Source: Macrostomum lignano (Eukaryota). From it: DNA of 64,000 nucleotides. Below are positions 41,467-53,611 of this stretch, one piece after another. Position 1 is the stretch's first letter. Each line of letters opens with the position of its first letter. Below the pieces are notes generated by a model. It was not told where the DNA came from and ran no database searches. It saw only the letters and a program-made list of their open reading frames with translations. Where the stretch lies: assembly GCA_002269645.1 (NCBI GenBank), contig NIVC01000887.1, forward strand, positions 198,510-262,509, written 5' to 3'. The position numbers and the translations under genes are program-made.

Positions 41467-43271
41467 CTGAACTCTTCCAGCTCCGCAATCAGCTTGGCAT
41501 TTTCCTCCTGCAGTCTGATGGCCTCCAAACCGCTGGCCTCCAGCAGCGGCCTCAGATTGGCCAGCTCATTGCGCAGCTCGGCCTCGGCTGCGGCCAGCTC
41601 GGTGAAGCGGGCGTGCATCGAGTCAGACTCCTCAGCTGCTGCCGCGGCTCGAGCCTCGGCGTCCAAAAGCCGGGCCTCGGTCCAGGCCAGGCGGCGCTGC
41701 TGCTCCTCCGTGGCCGGTATCAGCGTGGCGTCGGATTTGTTCGGACTGCCGGACGCGTCGGAGCCGGCGTCTGTGGCGCGCTGTTCCGCTTCGGCAAGTC
41801 GCTTTTCCGCTTCCGTGGCTCGATTATCCGCCTCTGTGGCGCGCTGTTCCGCTTCCGTAGCGCGCTGCTCCGCTTCCGTAGCGCGCTGCTCCGCTTCCGA
41901 CGTGCGAGCTTCTATTTCTTTGGCGCGAGTTTCCGATTCCGTTAAGCGAGCTTCTGCTTCCGTGGCGCGCGTCTCTGCTTTCATGACGTCAGTTTGTAAC
42001 TCGGTTAAGCGAGATTCTGCTTCCGAAGCACGAGTTTCCGATTCCAATAAGCGGTTTTCCACTTCTTTGGCGCGATTTCGTTCTTCAATGACGAGCGCTT
42101 CTGCTTCTTCAGCGCGCGTTTCTGCTTCTACAGCGCGTTTTTCCGCTTCTTCAGCGCGTGATTCTGCTACTGTGACACGCGTTTCCACTTCCGCGGCGCG
42201 CGTTTCTGCTTCCGTAGCGCGCTTCTGCTCTTCGATGATGAGCGCTTCCGCTTCTGTAACGCGTGTTTCAGCTTTCGTAGCACGCGTTTCTGCTTCCGTG
42301 GCGCGCGTCTCGGCTTCCGCAGCGCGCTTCCGCTCTTCGATGACAAGCTCTTCCGCTTCCGAGGCGCTTGTCTCTAAGCTGGTTAAGCGAGCTTCCGCTT
42401 CCAAAGCGCGAGTCTCCGATTCCAATAAGCGATTCGTGGCTTCAGTGGCGCGCTCCTCTGCTTCCGAGGTGCGGCTCCGCTCTTCCAAAATGAGCGCTTC
42501 CGCTTCTTTAGCGCGCGTTTCCGCCTCCGCGTTGCGCGCCTCTGCTTCCTTGGCGCGCTTCCGCTCTTCAATGACCAGTGCTTCCGCTTCCTTGGCGCGC
42601 AATTCAGCTTGCTCGATACGCGATTCCGCGTTGCCAACCGACTGCTCCGTATCTCCAGCGCCTGATTCATCAGCTTCGATACCGAATACCTGCATGTCCA
42701 GTGCCTCGCCGCCAGCAGCAGCTGGCTTTGCCCCCTGAGCAGCTTCCGCCGCAACCAGTTCCGCTTCTACGGCTCGAGCCTCAGCCGCGATTAACCGCTG
42801 CTCCAATTCCGAAGCGTATTGCGCCGCTTCGTTAGCGCGCGACTCCGCTTTCTCTAAACTGGCTTCCCACGGGCTGTCTCTGGGTATCTCGGTTTGAACC
42901 TGCGCATCGGCGAGGACCAGCGGCGCTTCAGCCAGGTCTGCGGCAGCCTCCGTCTGAGTGCTGGCCACCAGCTGACGCTCCAGATCGACGACACGGCGAG
43001 CCAGCTGCCGCGCCTCATCGGCAGCTGAATCAGAGACTGCATCAGCTTGGACTGCAACTACTGGCGTTGCCAGCGACTCCGCATCGGCTCTCGGCGATAG
43101 AACAGTTGGCCGGCCAAAGATGTCGCTGCCGCCGATGTCCTCGCGCTGGCTGCTCTCCAGAGCCGCCGCTGCAGCTTCGGCGGCCTGCAGCTCCAGGCCG
43201 ATGAACTCCTCCTCCTCCATGCGGGATATCCGACCGCACAGGGAGGCATTCTCATGCTCCAGCTTGGCCAC
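41467..43271 (-). CDS. CENPE: CENP-E-like kinesin, exon 9 (E/A-rich coiled coil)
   Basis: cag|VAKLEHEN...LEEFR|gttggg; phases 0/2 fit both neighbours. Confidence 0.8.
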
Positions 43272-43324
43272 CTGGACAATGGGCAGAACCATCACTGTGC
43301 GTGATTATGCTGACACTTAGCAAT

Positions 43325-44250
43325 TATAGCTGCCTGAACCTCTGCACACACCTATCTGAGCTGCCTGAACCTCTGCACACCTATCTGAGCTGCCTGAACC
43401 TCTGCACACACCTATCTGAGCTGCCTGAACCTCTGCACACCTATCTGAGCTGCCTGAACCTCTGCACACACCTATCTGAGCTGCCTGAACCTCTGCACAC
43501 ACCTATCTGAGCTGCCTGAACCTCTGCACACACCTATCTGAGCTGCCTGAACCTCTGCACACCTATCTGAGCTGCCTGAACCTCTGCACACACCTATCTG
43601 AGCTGCCTGAACCACTGCACACACCTATCTGAGCTGCCTGAACCTCTGCACACACACCTCAGCCACCCGAACCTCCGCCCACAGACCTCAGCCACCCGAA
43701 CCTCAGCCCACACACCTCAGCCACCCAAACCTCAGCCCACACACCTCAGCCACCCGAACCTCCGCCCACAGACCTCAGCCACCCGAACCTCAGCCCACAC
43801 ACCTCAGCCACCCAAACCTCAGCCTACACACCTCAGCCACCCGAACCTCTGCCCACAGACATCAGCCACCCGAACCTCAGCTAACACACCTCAGCCACCC
43901 AAACCTCAGCCCACACACCTCAGCCACCCGAACCTCCGCCCACAGACCTCAGCCACCCGAACCTCAGTCCACACACCTCAGCCACCCGAACCTCAGCCCA
44001 CACACCTCAGCCACCCAAACCTCAGCCCACACACCTCAGCCACCCGAACCTCCGCCCACAGACCTCAGCCACCCGAACCTCAGCCCACACACCTCAGCCA
44101 CCCAAACCTCAGCCCACACACCTCAGCCACCCAAACCTCAGCCCACACACCTCAGCCACCCGAACCTCCGCCCACAGACCTCAGCCACCCGAACCTCAGC
44201 CCACACACCTCAGCCACCCGAACCTCAATCCACACACCTCAGCCACACGA
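43325..44250. repeat. Two adjacent minisatellites (TCTGAGCTGCCTGAACCTCTGCACACACCTA; CACACACCTCAGCCACCCGAACCTCAGCC), CENP-E intron 8
   Basis: Visible arrays. Confidence 0.94.
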
Positions 44251-44265
44251 ACCCCCACCCCTCAC

Positions 44266-44836
44266 CTGCTCAGCCAGCCGGCTGCTATTCCGTTGCTCCA
44301 GTTCGAGTTGAGCAGCTAAGCGCTGCGATTCACCGCAAGCGGCCTGCAACTGCTGCTCCAGCTCGGCAACGCGGGACAGAAGCAGAACCTGCTGTTCCTG
44401 TTGTTGTTGCTGCTGCTGCGGCTGCTGCCAGGACTCAGACTCAGTCTGGCTGTCCCTGTTCACAGTGGCCGTCACGCCGTCAATGCTAAACGAAGACGCC
44501 TCCATTTGGCTGCATTCTAGACGCCGAAAAAATGATTCGGTCAGCTTTTGGCTAACAAAATTATCGTCAAAGCTGTCGGCTCCGACTGGGGGGAAAATCT
44601 GCTGCTGCTGCTGCGACGAGGCTGTTGGCAGCGAGGGTAACGAAGGCGCCGGGGGCGGTGGTGGAGGCGGCGGCGGTGGCTCTTCGCCGATGGCGCCTAG
44701 CAGGCAGCGTCGCAGAGCGCCGCTATCTGGCAATTGTCGGCGACTGTTTGGCGCCCAGGTGCGTCGGCGCAGCAGCATGGCGGGGACGTCGCCAGTGGAA
44801 CTGTCGTCATCGTCTATACCTGAGGCGCCGCAGTAC
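44266..44836 (-). CDS. CENPE: CENP-E-like kinesin, exon 8
   Basis: Contains RRRTWAP (CENP-E RRVTW-like motif); cag|G...CAG|gtgagg. Confidence 0.82.
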
Positions 44837-44983
44837 CTGCGTGGGGACAAAAATTTATGAGAATTTTTATTTCTGTATGAACGGTGATTTCTAACTACTC
44901 CATTTGTACTACCTGCAATAGTCTATTGAGCAGTGGCTAAACTACAGGATCAGATGCGCAATTACAAACGAGAGAACACTGAC

Positions 44984-45264
44984 CTGGACAAAGTCTCCAT
45001 CTGGTGCAGGACTCGCTGCCGTTCGGACAGCTGCTCCTCGGCCAGCTGACCAAACCGCGGATTCTCGTCCGCTACTCTGGACGTCTCCATCTGACGAACG
45101 AGTCGCTCGTTTTCAGCCTCGACCCGATCCTTCTGACACGTCATCTTGAGCAGCTGCTCTTTTAGGCTCTCCATCTGTTTTTCTAAACGCTTTCTGTAGG
45201 CCTCGTCGGAAACCGACTCGTTCACTACTGGCTTGTTTTTCACAGTCTTGGCGATTGACGCGAA
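44984..45264 (-). CDS. CENPE: CENP-E-like kinesin, exon 7 (motor end, neck)
   Basis: FASIAKTVKNKPVVNE, matching the CENP-E neck N-x-P-x-V-N-E. Confidence 0.9.
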
Positions 45265-45289
45265 CTGCAGGATATTGGGTTGAAGTTCA

Positions 45290-45710
45290 GTGAAACTGGG
45301 TTTGGATTTCTGTGGAACTGGGTTTGGATTTCTGTGGAACTGGGTTTGGATTTCTGTGGAACTGGGTTTGGATTTCTGTGGAACTGGGTTTGGATTTCTG
45401 TGGAACTGGGATTGGATTTCTGTGGAACTGGGTTTGGATTTCTGTGGAATCGGTTCGGTTTTCTGTGGAATCAGTTTGGATTTCTGTGGAACTGGTTTCG
45501 AATTTGTGTGGAATCAGTTCGGGTTTCTGTGGAATCAGTTTGGATTTCTGTGGAATCAGTTCGGGTTTCTGTGGAATCAGTTTGGATTTCTGTGGAATCA
45601 GTTCGGGTTTCTGTGGAATCAGTTTGGATTTCTGTGGAATCAGTTTGGATTTGTGTGGAATCAGTTCGGGTTTCTGTGGAATCAGTTTGGATTTCTGCGG
45701 AACTGGATTG
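45290..45710. repeat. ~22-bp minisatellite (GGATTTCTGTGGAACTGGGTTT), intron 6
   Basis: Visible array. Confidence 0.94.
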
Positions 45711-45754
45711 AGATTTAACAGAGCATCTATGAATCCAGCAGAGGCAAAACTTAC

Positions 45755-45881
45755 ATTCAGAGTCCGCTGAGATTGGTCGTACACGGCAGGCGTGATGTTG
45801 CAAACAATTAATGTTCTCGAATTGCCGCCCAGACTCGACATCAGGATGCTGGTCAGTTTGCTATCGCGAAATGATATATAG
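45755..45881 (-). CDS. CENPE: CENP-E-like kinesin, exon 6
   Basis: [31 protein letters not shown]|gtaagt. Confidence 0.93.
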
Positions 45882-45989
45882 CTAGAAAAAGAAGCGAGTT
45901 TGAACATGACTTAAAAAACTGGCAAGTGTAATAAGTTATGAATCATGCGCTGAGCATTCAATCCAGAAAGCAGCATCTAGCCTACTCAC

Positions 45990-46126
45990 GAAGAGTTCTC
46001 AGATAGCTGCCTGATGACAAGGCACAGGCTGGACAGGCTGGAGTTGATGTTGCACGCCTCTTTCAGCGTAGTGCCGGATGCGCCGGATTCCGATACGCGT
46101 TCCGATCCGGCTAAGTCGACAAGATT
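45990..46126 (-). CDS. CENPE: CENP-E-like kinesin, exon 5 (switch II)
   Basis: [10 protein letters not shown]...NINSSL; gtgagt donor. Confidence 0.95.
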
Positions 46127-46229
46127 CTGAGCAAAAATTAGGGAAATTTGCAGGCGTTATCTACTTCAAGTAGTTTTGTTGCATTTGAAAGGCTGAGCTA
46201 AATTATAGTCTAAAATATTTGCGGAATTA

Positions 46230-46520
46230 TTGTGAAATCTGATAGATCTGTTGTGGACTCTGATAGATCTGTTGTGGACTCTGATAGATCTGTCGTGGAA
46301 TCTGATCGATCTGCTGTGGAATCTGATCGATCTGCTGTGGAATCTGATCGATCTGCTCTGGAATCTGATTGATCTGCTGTGGAATCTGATCGATCTGCTG
46401 TGGAATCTGATCGATCTGCTGTGGAATCTGATAGATATGCTGTGGAATCTGATAGATCTGCTATGGACTCTGCTAGATCTGTTGTGAAATTTAATAGATC
46501 TGCCGTGGAATCTGGTCATC
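46230..46520. repeat. 21-bp minisatellite (GAATCTGATCGATCTGCTGTG)n, intron 4
   Basis: Visible array. Confidence 0.93.
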
Positions 46521-46567
46521 TGATCATCTGATCATTCGTAACTGTCAGCAATATCGTCAAGACAAAC

Positions 46568-46689
46568 CAGCACGGAGTTCCAGATGACACCGTCCTCCTC
46601 GCGACAGCGGGACTCGATGGCCAGCCGCAAGATGGTGTGGGATCGGCTTGAACGCTCGTTCATGTTTGTCTCGCCGATGTGTCTCTGGG
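46568..46689 (-). CDS. CENPE: CENP-E-like kinesin, exon 4 (switch I)
   Basis: [18 protein letters not shown]. Confidence 0.95.
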
Positions 46690-46749
46690 CTGTAGGGGGC
46701 CGGGGTCATTAATGGCTAAGCATTCATTACATTTACATGTAAACGTAAT

Positions 46750-47385
46750 AAAGGATCTGAGAGGCTGGTCCAGCAACTGAGAATCTGAGAGGCTGGCGGC
46801 CCAGCAACTGAGGATCTGGAAATCTGGCCCAGCAACTGAGGATCTGGGAGGCTGACCCAGCAACTGAGGATCTGGAAATCTGGCCCAGCAACTGAGGATC
46901 TGGAAATCTGGCCCAGAAACTGAGGATCTGAGAGGCTGGCCCAGCCACTGAGGATCTGGAAATCTGGCCCAGAAACTGAGGATCTGAGAGGCTGGCCCAG
47001 CCACTGAGGATCTGGAAATCTGGCCCAGCAACTGAGGATCTGGGAGGCTGGTCCAGCAACTGAGGATCCGGGAGGCTGGCCCAGCAACTGAGGATCCGGG
47101 AGGTTGGCCCAGCAATTGAGGATCCGGGAGGCTGGCCCAGCAACTGAGGATCTGAGAGGCTGGCCCAGCAACTGAGGATCTGGAAATCTGGCCCAGCAAC
47201 TGAGGATCTGGAAATCTGGCCCAGAAACTGAGGATCTGAGAGGCTGGCCCAGCCACTGAGGATCTGGAAATCTGGCCCAGCAACTGAGGATCTGGAAATC
47301 TGGCCGAGCAACTCAGGATCTGGAAATCTGGCCCAGCAACTCAGGATCTGGGAGGCTGGCCCAGCAATTGAGGATCTGGGAGGGT
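46750..47385. repeat. ~28-29-bp minisatellite (GGCCCAGCAACTGAGGATCTGGAAATCT)n, intron 3
   Basis: Visible array. Confidence 0.94.
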
Positions 47386-47436
47386 AAAATGTTTCATAAC
47401 TTGGCGAACAATCAACACTAATCACAAAAGTCTAAC

Positions 47437-47638
47437 CTTCGCCCTTGCTAAGCAGGTTAAGCACTTCATCAACGCTAGTCACAATCTCCTCTTTGACGTT
47501 GCGCAGCGTTGACTTGGTGCGTTCGATGATAACGGAGACCTTCTTGTCCGGATCGTTTGAGAGCAGATCGATCACTCTCTCGTTGTAAATCTCTAAGAAG
47601 GAAATGCTGACAAGAAATTCACGCTCCGTAGCCATTTC
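47437..47638 (-). CDS. CENPE: CENP-E-like kinesin, exon 3
   Basis: EFLVSISFLEIYNERVIDLL. Confidence 0.94.
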
Positions 47639-47801
47639 CTGGCGTAGTGGAAGACAGTATCAATTTGTTAGTGACAACAGGTTACAGATGGCAAAATTGA
47701 TAAAAATGGCTCTTGTACAAGCGTACCAGAAACACAATACGACATTAAAAAAGCAAATAACAAGCTTAACTATTTAATGATCAGTGATGAATCCTAGTTA
47801 C

Positions 47802-48004
47802 CTGCAGTGCAAATATATCTCTCAAGGCTAGCACAATGACGCCAGGATCTTGCACGCTGCCATACATTGTGTGCGTCTTGCCGCTGGAGGTCTGGCCGTA
47901 GGCAAACACTGTACCGCTGACGCCCTCCATGCAGGATGTTACTATAGGCTTGACAGCTTGCGTGTACAAGGCTTGGGTCTGGTGAGATTTGCCATAGACA
48001 CCAT
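47802..48004 (-). CDS. CENPE: CENP-E-like kinesin, exon 2 (P-loop)
   Basis: TVFAYGQTSSGKTHTM. Confidence 0.95.
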
Positions 48005-48080
48005 CTGCGGGAGACCACCACATGTGATTATAAATAAGTGAAACAGGTATTAACTAAACATCACGGATACTAAAGCTTAC

Positions 48081-48225
48081 CAAAGCAGAACCTCTTGGTG
48101 CCATCGGCAGTTCTCACTGTAGAGTCTTCAGCTAGCCACTCCTCCTTGCAGCAGCTGTTCAGCTCCCGCTCTATTAGGGGTCTTAAACGAACCACTACGG
48201 ATATTGTTTCTTGTTTTGCATCCAT
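48081..48225 (-). CDS. CENPE: CENP-E-like kinesin, exon 1
   Basis: MDAKQETISVVVRLRPL...RFCF then G|gtaagc. The ten exons total 5949 nt with all phases consistent. Confidence 0.9.
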
Positions 48226-51009
48226 TTTTGTTCTAGCTGCAAATAGCAAATTATAAATGGTATGCAAATCATTGAGATCGAGAAAACAAGCATTCCCTGC
48301 TGTTAGTATCCAGTTAATTATACAATACTAATAATTGAAACAAACATTGAGTCACAGGTGAACCAAGGTGACAATAGGTCATATAGAGAAAGTGAAATGA
48401 ATACAGAATCATAGAAATGATAAAGTTATATAACTAAACATGTAGAAATTCAAAATTCAATCATAATATTTATATGTTTTTTTGAAAGCATCCTTTTCAT
48501 ATTCCTAATACATAGAACAGACACAACAATTAGAATATACATGTAGGGCAATAGCCACATTAGCTGATCATGCTGTATATATGCTAGAACAAATAAGGCT
48601 TAAACCAATTGCACACAGTATACCAAGTAAAAAATAAACTTTGAGGTAAGACAATATGCTTTAGAAGACACAGAAGATACTATAATTTTTCTGGCATTTT
48701 TGCATAATTTATAACATTAATTGAAAAAATAATAAAACATTTAGTGCTTTTTATATAATATAGATTATAATAATTGACCACTTAATAGCCTAATAATACT
48801 TTTTAATATAGTAGGTCTTATTTTTTCATAAAATTTCATAAAAGATTCTTTAATCTGCAACCAATTTGCAACAAAAAAGGAAGGTGACCCTCATTGCATA
48901 TTGCATTTTTTTGTACAATTTATGCCAAGGCAAATTAGCAATTTAAAAAGTAAACAAAAGAAATTGAAGATAAAACTACAGAGAATAAAACTATAAAAAC
49001 AAAAATTTGAACAATTTTATGTAGACAAACAAGGCTAATCCTAAAAAATAAGGTTTAAAACCCCTTGGCACATGGTGAAAAGAGAGAGCATAATGGAGAA
49101 GAGGGTACTAGGGGTGGGATTAATGCTTTATATGAGGCCTATAGAGCAAGCCTAGTATAAATTAGACAATAATCCACAACCCTACTAGCAACAATATAAA
49201 GGCAAAGGCAGTAGGATGACAGCAAATACAAAGTAGAAATAAGAAATAGAAGGGATCCCAACCCAAAAAGAAAAAAACAAGGGAAAGAGGAACCAAGGGT
49301 TAATTAATAGAAGCAGCAATTTGCTAGATAGTAGAGAGCACCTATAGGCAAAAGCTAAATAGCCTAAAAATAGTACAGATAGAATTGAAGTGCCAATAAC
49401 CATAACCAAGGTAATAGATATTGGCCATAGAGTGGTCACCTTGGCATTCCTTTGGTTTACAATCATTTTTTTACCTGCATTTTGGTTCATAATCCCCATG
49501 TTATTTTCCATTTCAGTGATTATGGGCTGCTCAAAAGAAACAAAAATGGTTAAACTAGGCTTATTCATTTCACTATAAAAACTGAATAGACTAGTTGACC
49601 TATAGTTTCTCCTGTGGCATATGGCGATGACAAGGATCCTATATATCCACTTCAGTTTACAATCATTTAAATGGGAAAACATACATGCCCAACGTCAAAA
49701 TTTCACCCATCCAGTGCAACTTAGTTTTGTCTAGATTTGCGACTTAGTTCCTCTCAATTGCAACTTAGTTCCCCCAATTGTAACTTAATTTTCACTTTGT
49801 ATATGACTTTTCTTGCCTTTTTCTCTTTTCTTCTCTTTTTTTCTCTCTCTCCTCTTTCCTCTATCTCTTTTCTCTCTCTTTTCTTTTCCTCTTTTTTTCT
49901 CCCAATTTTTCGTTTTTTTTGCATTTTAAATTTTGTAACTTACCTAGGCTGGTAGCCATTTCACCCATCCAATTTAGATAGGTTGGATAGGTATTAGGCA
50001 TGTATATGGAAAAATAGATGTAAATGATTGTGAAGCAAAGGAAAACCATCACCTTAAGGTGGTGGTAGCTGCTAGCCTTGTCTTTATACAAACTCTAGCC
50101 TAAGAAGTTATCCTCACTCAGGGAAACTGGGAAACCTATAGTTTGGATCATACTAGGTGCATGCCTAAACAAAAATTGAATAGTTACAAATATACACAAA
50201 AAAATTAAGTGCATGCCTATTCTCTAAACTATGCCAGTATTGCAACAATAAATGACCTTTTATATATTGTGACAATAAATGACCTTTAAATGACCTTTTT
50301 GAATTGTATAATAGACCCTTTTTGACAAGTTGTTAATTTTTCTAGTTTTTTGGCAATACTATTTATAGTAAAAAATTGATGCATGCAAAGATTTGTTTAA
50401 ATGCTTTATTATGATATATTTAATATCATATATTTTTTTATAAGTATGATTGTATGAGCTTTGTAATATTATAATATAGTATTATAATACTAATACTAAT
50501 AATATAGTATTTGAAAGAGCACCTAAATATTATTTACAAAACTTTGACTGAGCTTTAATGACTAACAAAGAAAAAATAAGGAATTAAAAAAAGACAAGTA
50601 TTGTGTGAAATTGATATATGTAGTTGGTGGTTTTGAGCAAATCAGTTTAACCTGTAGGTATTTAATAAAGTATATAGGTAAATCAGATAATAACAAATTT
50701 GTATTAAATATAATATTTGAAAGAGCAAGAGCGTATAAGATTTTTTGCAGTTTTTTCAGACGAACTATATGGACTAACAACAGAATGACAGGTAATTAAG
50801 TAGGGAGTTATAAAAACAGGTACCATATGGCTTTGATGCAAAAAATGGTTCATCCAAAATGCAATTTAAAATAGGTAATTAAGCATTATCCTGCTAATGA
50901 AAAATATCAAGTATAAGTATTGCTTACATTATTTGGTGATTATTATAAAAATATATTATTTGAAAGCCTGAAAACCTTTTAACTTTGTCTTTAGCAACTT
51001 TCAATGCTT

Positions 51010-51480
51010 AAATTTGGGGCTGAATTCGAATCTCGGCTTGGATATGCTCATGCAATTAACGGCCTTGAGAGCCAACCCCCCAAGGTGCAGTGAAGTGTAC
51101 ATGCCTAATGATAAATAAAGTTAGGGCCACTATCATGCTTGGGCGCAACCTTGGGATTCACTCGGCCGTTTCTATTGGCAACACACACACACGTAAGTCG
51201 CTATTGGACGGAATAGTAGTCACGTGACTGCACTCAGCCAATAGCGACTTACATGTATGTGTTGCCAATAGAAACGGCCGAGTGAATCCCAATGTTGCGC
51301 ATGCATGGCCACTATACACTCCTGTGTGAGTGTGTGCCTATGTATGTATCTGCACACTTGTATGCCTACTCAGGGGAGTCGGCAGAATGGGCAATAATGC
51401 CTCTTGCTGGTTGTGAGCCTATTTCGCTTAAAGTGCGCCAGGGTGCACACAACCCCCTGCCTCTAATAAAAAATAAAAAC
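51010..51480 (+). mobile_element. tRNA-SINE copy (5'-truncated, A-rich tail) with a nested hairpin MITE
   Basis: Reverse complement of 52232-52512 apart from the 51134-51306 insert; ends cctctaataaaaaataaaaa. Confidence 0.75.
51134..51306. mobile_element. 173-bp palindromic MITE with 9-bp TSD GGCCACTAT
   Basis: TSD at 51125-51133 and 51307-51315. The sister SINE has a single copy of the site. The element is an almost fully self-complementary hairpin. Confidence 0.85.
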
Positions 51481-52231
51481 TTTTAACATCTAACGACTTA
51501 ATGGCGATTAAATAAAAAATGCAAAAAATACAAAAAGGTGATGAATTGACTCATTCCACTCATTCCTTTTGCTAGAATTTGAGTTACTTATTGAAAACAT
51601 ATAGCAGTATTGGTAATGCTTTTCTGCGAGTGAATGCGCCAAGAGACCATTATAAATTGTAAACACAAAAACTTCAATAAATAAGACCATATTATTATTA
51701 TGGTTAGGCCCTAGGGCTAGGCCTACTAACTAGTATAGAGGTAGGGCCTAATATTTTATAAGAACTGATTTCATATAAAATAAATGTATTTAGGTAGTGC
51801 CACAAAAATGTATTTCTTTCAGTGTGTATACATAACGTCTAAAATATAACTCCTTAGGGCGCCCGCAGCCACCACATGCCTCGCAGTTAATAACCAACTT
51901 GAGGACTTGTCAAGTTGCATTCGCACGCCCTGCACTTTCAAAGAAATTTTTTTTTTTGGTAATAACAAAAAACTCAACGTTCTGGAACAAATATTTTATC
52001 TTAAGAATGATAAAATTGAAAATAATCGTTATTTTTAATTATATTTTAAATTTTTCGTCAGCATAATTAGCTTAACACTGAATGCGCTTTGATATATGTA
52101 TCGATATCCACGTGCGGGACCTTTAGTGTAAAATGGTTTACACTAAGAGGATACAGTAGTATATTTTAAGGATAATATAACACCTAGGCATCTACAAGTG
52201 CAAACTGAATTTTTTGGCGATTTTTTGACAT

Positions 52232-52588
52232 ACGTTTTTTTTAGAGGCAGGGGGTTGTGTGCACCCTGGCGCAATTTAAGCGTCATTGGCACACAACCGG
52301 CGAGAGGCATTACTGCCCATTCCGCCGACTCCCCTGAGCAGGCATACAAGCGCGCGGATACGTTACGCAAGCACACACTCACACAGGAGTGTACAGCGGC
52401 CCTACTTTATCAATTGTTAGGCATGTACACTTCACTGCGCCTTGGGGGGTTGGCTCTCAAGGCCGTTAATTGCACAAGCGAGCCAAGCCAAGATTCCAAT
52501 CCAGCCCCAAATTAATGTGGCTGCACTTGGAATCGAGCCTGGGTCACGGCACACCAGAGCAGCTGCGCTACCGCTGGGCTACGGCCCC
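52232..52588 (-). mobile_element. Full-length tRNA-derived SINE (~360 bp)
   Basis: Head GGGGCCGTAGCCCAGCGGTAGC...GGCTCGATTCC (A/B boxes, 52518-52588), a body shared with other copies, and tail cctctaaaaaaaa. Confidence 0.8.
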
Positions 52589-53611
52589 CCTTTGTCATAC
52601 GTTAAACTGTCATACATGTACAGTACACTACTACTAGAACATGATTCACAAGTACAATTCACAATTGCAATTCACAATTCACAATAATGTCTATTTCTGA
52701 ATTCCCAAAATTCAGGAATGGACAGCCAGTTCACTCATCAACGCATAACTGCATGATACAACATTTATGTAACTATTATTAAATTCGACTGTGTACCATT
52801 ATAAATTAAAAGCGGCCTGGCCTTGCTTATACTTACATGTAGTTTAGATTTTGTGTGCTGGGGCCTACACATACACATGTGCACATGTAATAATACTCTA
52901 TACAGCTGTAATATACATTTTCAGATGCCCACAGTACACACGTACAAGTACATAATATATGTATTTAGCTTGACATGTACATGTACTGTGCTGCGTATGG
53001 AACATGTAGCTATATCAGATTAAAATGTTTATGTAGTGTGAATATACACATAATTATATGAATTATAATTATTTTATAAAATTTTCTACACGTAAAATGT
53101 AAACTCTTGTGTGTTGTATTGAGTATTCACATGTTGTGTGAGTTGCTAGCTGCGAGTGCATGTACATGATATATATCCAAGCACCACTGTTGTCCTTGGA
53201 TGTACTGCATCATTGAAAAAAAAGACTTGAAGGGCAGCATCGAACAGGGGCCGGGCGTTGCTATGCATGGACAAGATACCATAAGCTGAGGCATCCGCGC
53301 TGCCTAGTGCTGGCGCCCACTCTTAAATAAATGGCGCCCGGTCATTAAAATATCCATACAACGGCGGTTCCAAAAATACATGTAGCAGGCACCTCTCTCT
53401 AATACACACTGCTCCCACCACCAAAAATTCCTGGCTACGCCTCTAGCCATGCTTCGACCATAGACATTTTCAATTGCTTCTAATTGATGTTATTGACAAC
53501 AGCAACAAGCCAAATGTTACACGTATAATAGTTTCTGTGCATTACATAGCCAAGACCGCGCTAATTAAACGTCAGATGACAAATCATTGCAGTCTATAGG
53601 ACCCAGTCGTT

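Noticed and set aside
38367-42738. Plus-strand ORFs 38367-39380, 39749-40495 and 41494-42738
   Set aside because: Antisense shadows of the GC-rich CENP-E exons.
51010-52512. 1.5-kb foldback transposon
   Set aside because: Better explained as two tail-to-tail SINE copies; one has a tRNA head extending beyond the apparent arm.
52518-52588. tRNA gene
   Set aside because: A/B boxes are present but the acceptor and anticodon stems pair poorly, and it continues into a repeated body with an A-tail, so it is a SINE head.
53230-53445. Second hAT-like MITE (ends ...cctggctacgcctcta)
   Set aside because: Only one convincing terminus and no TSD found.
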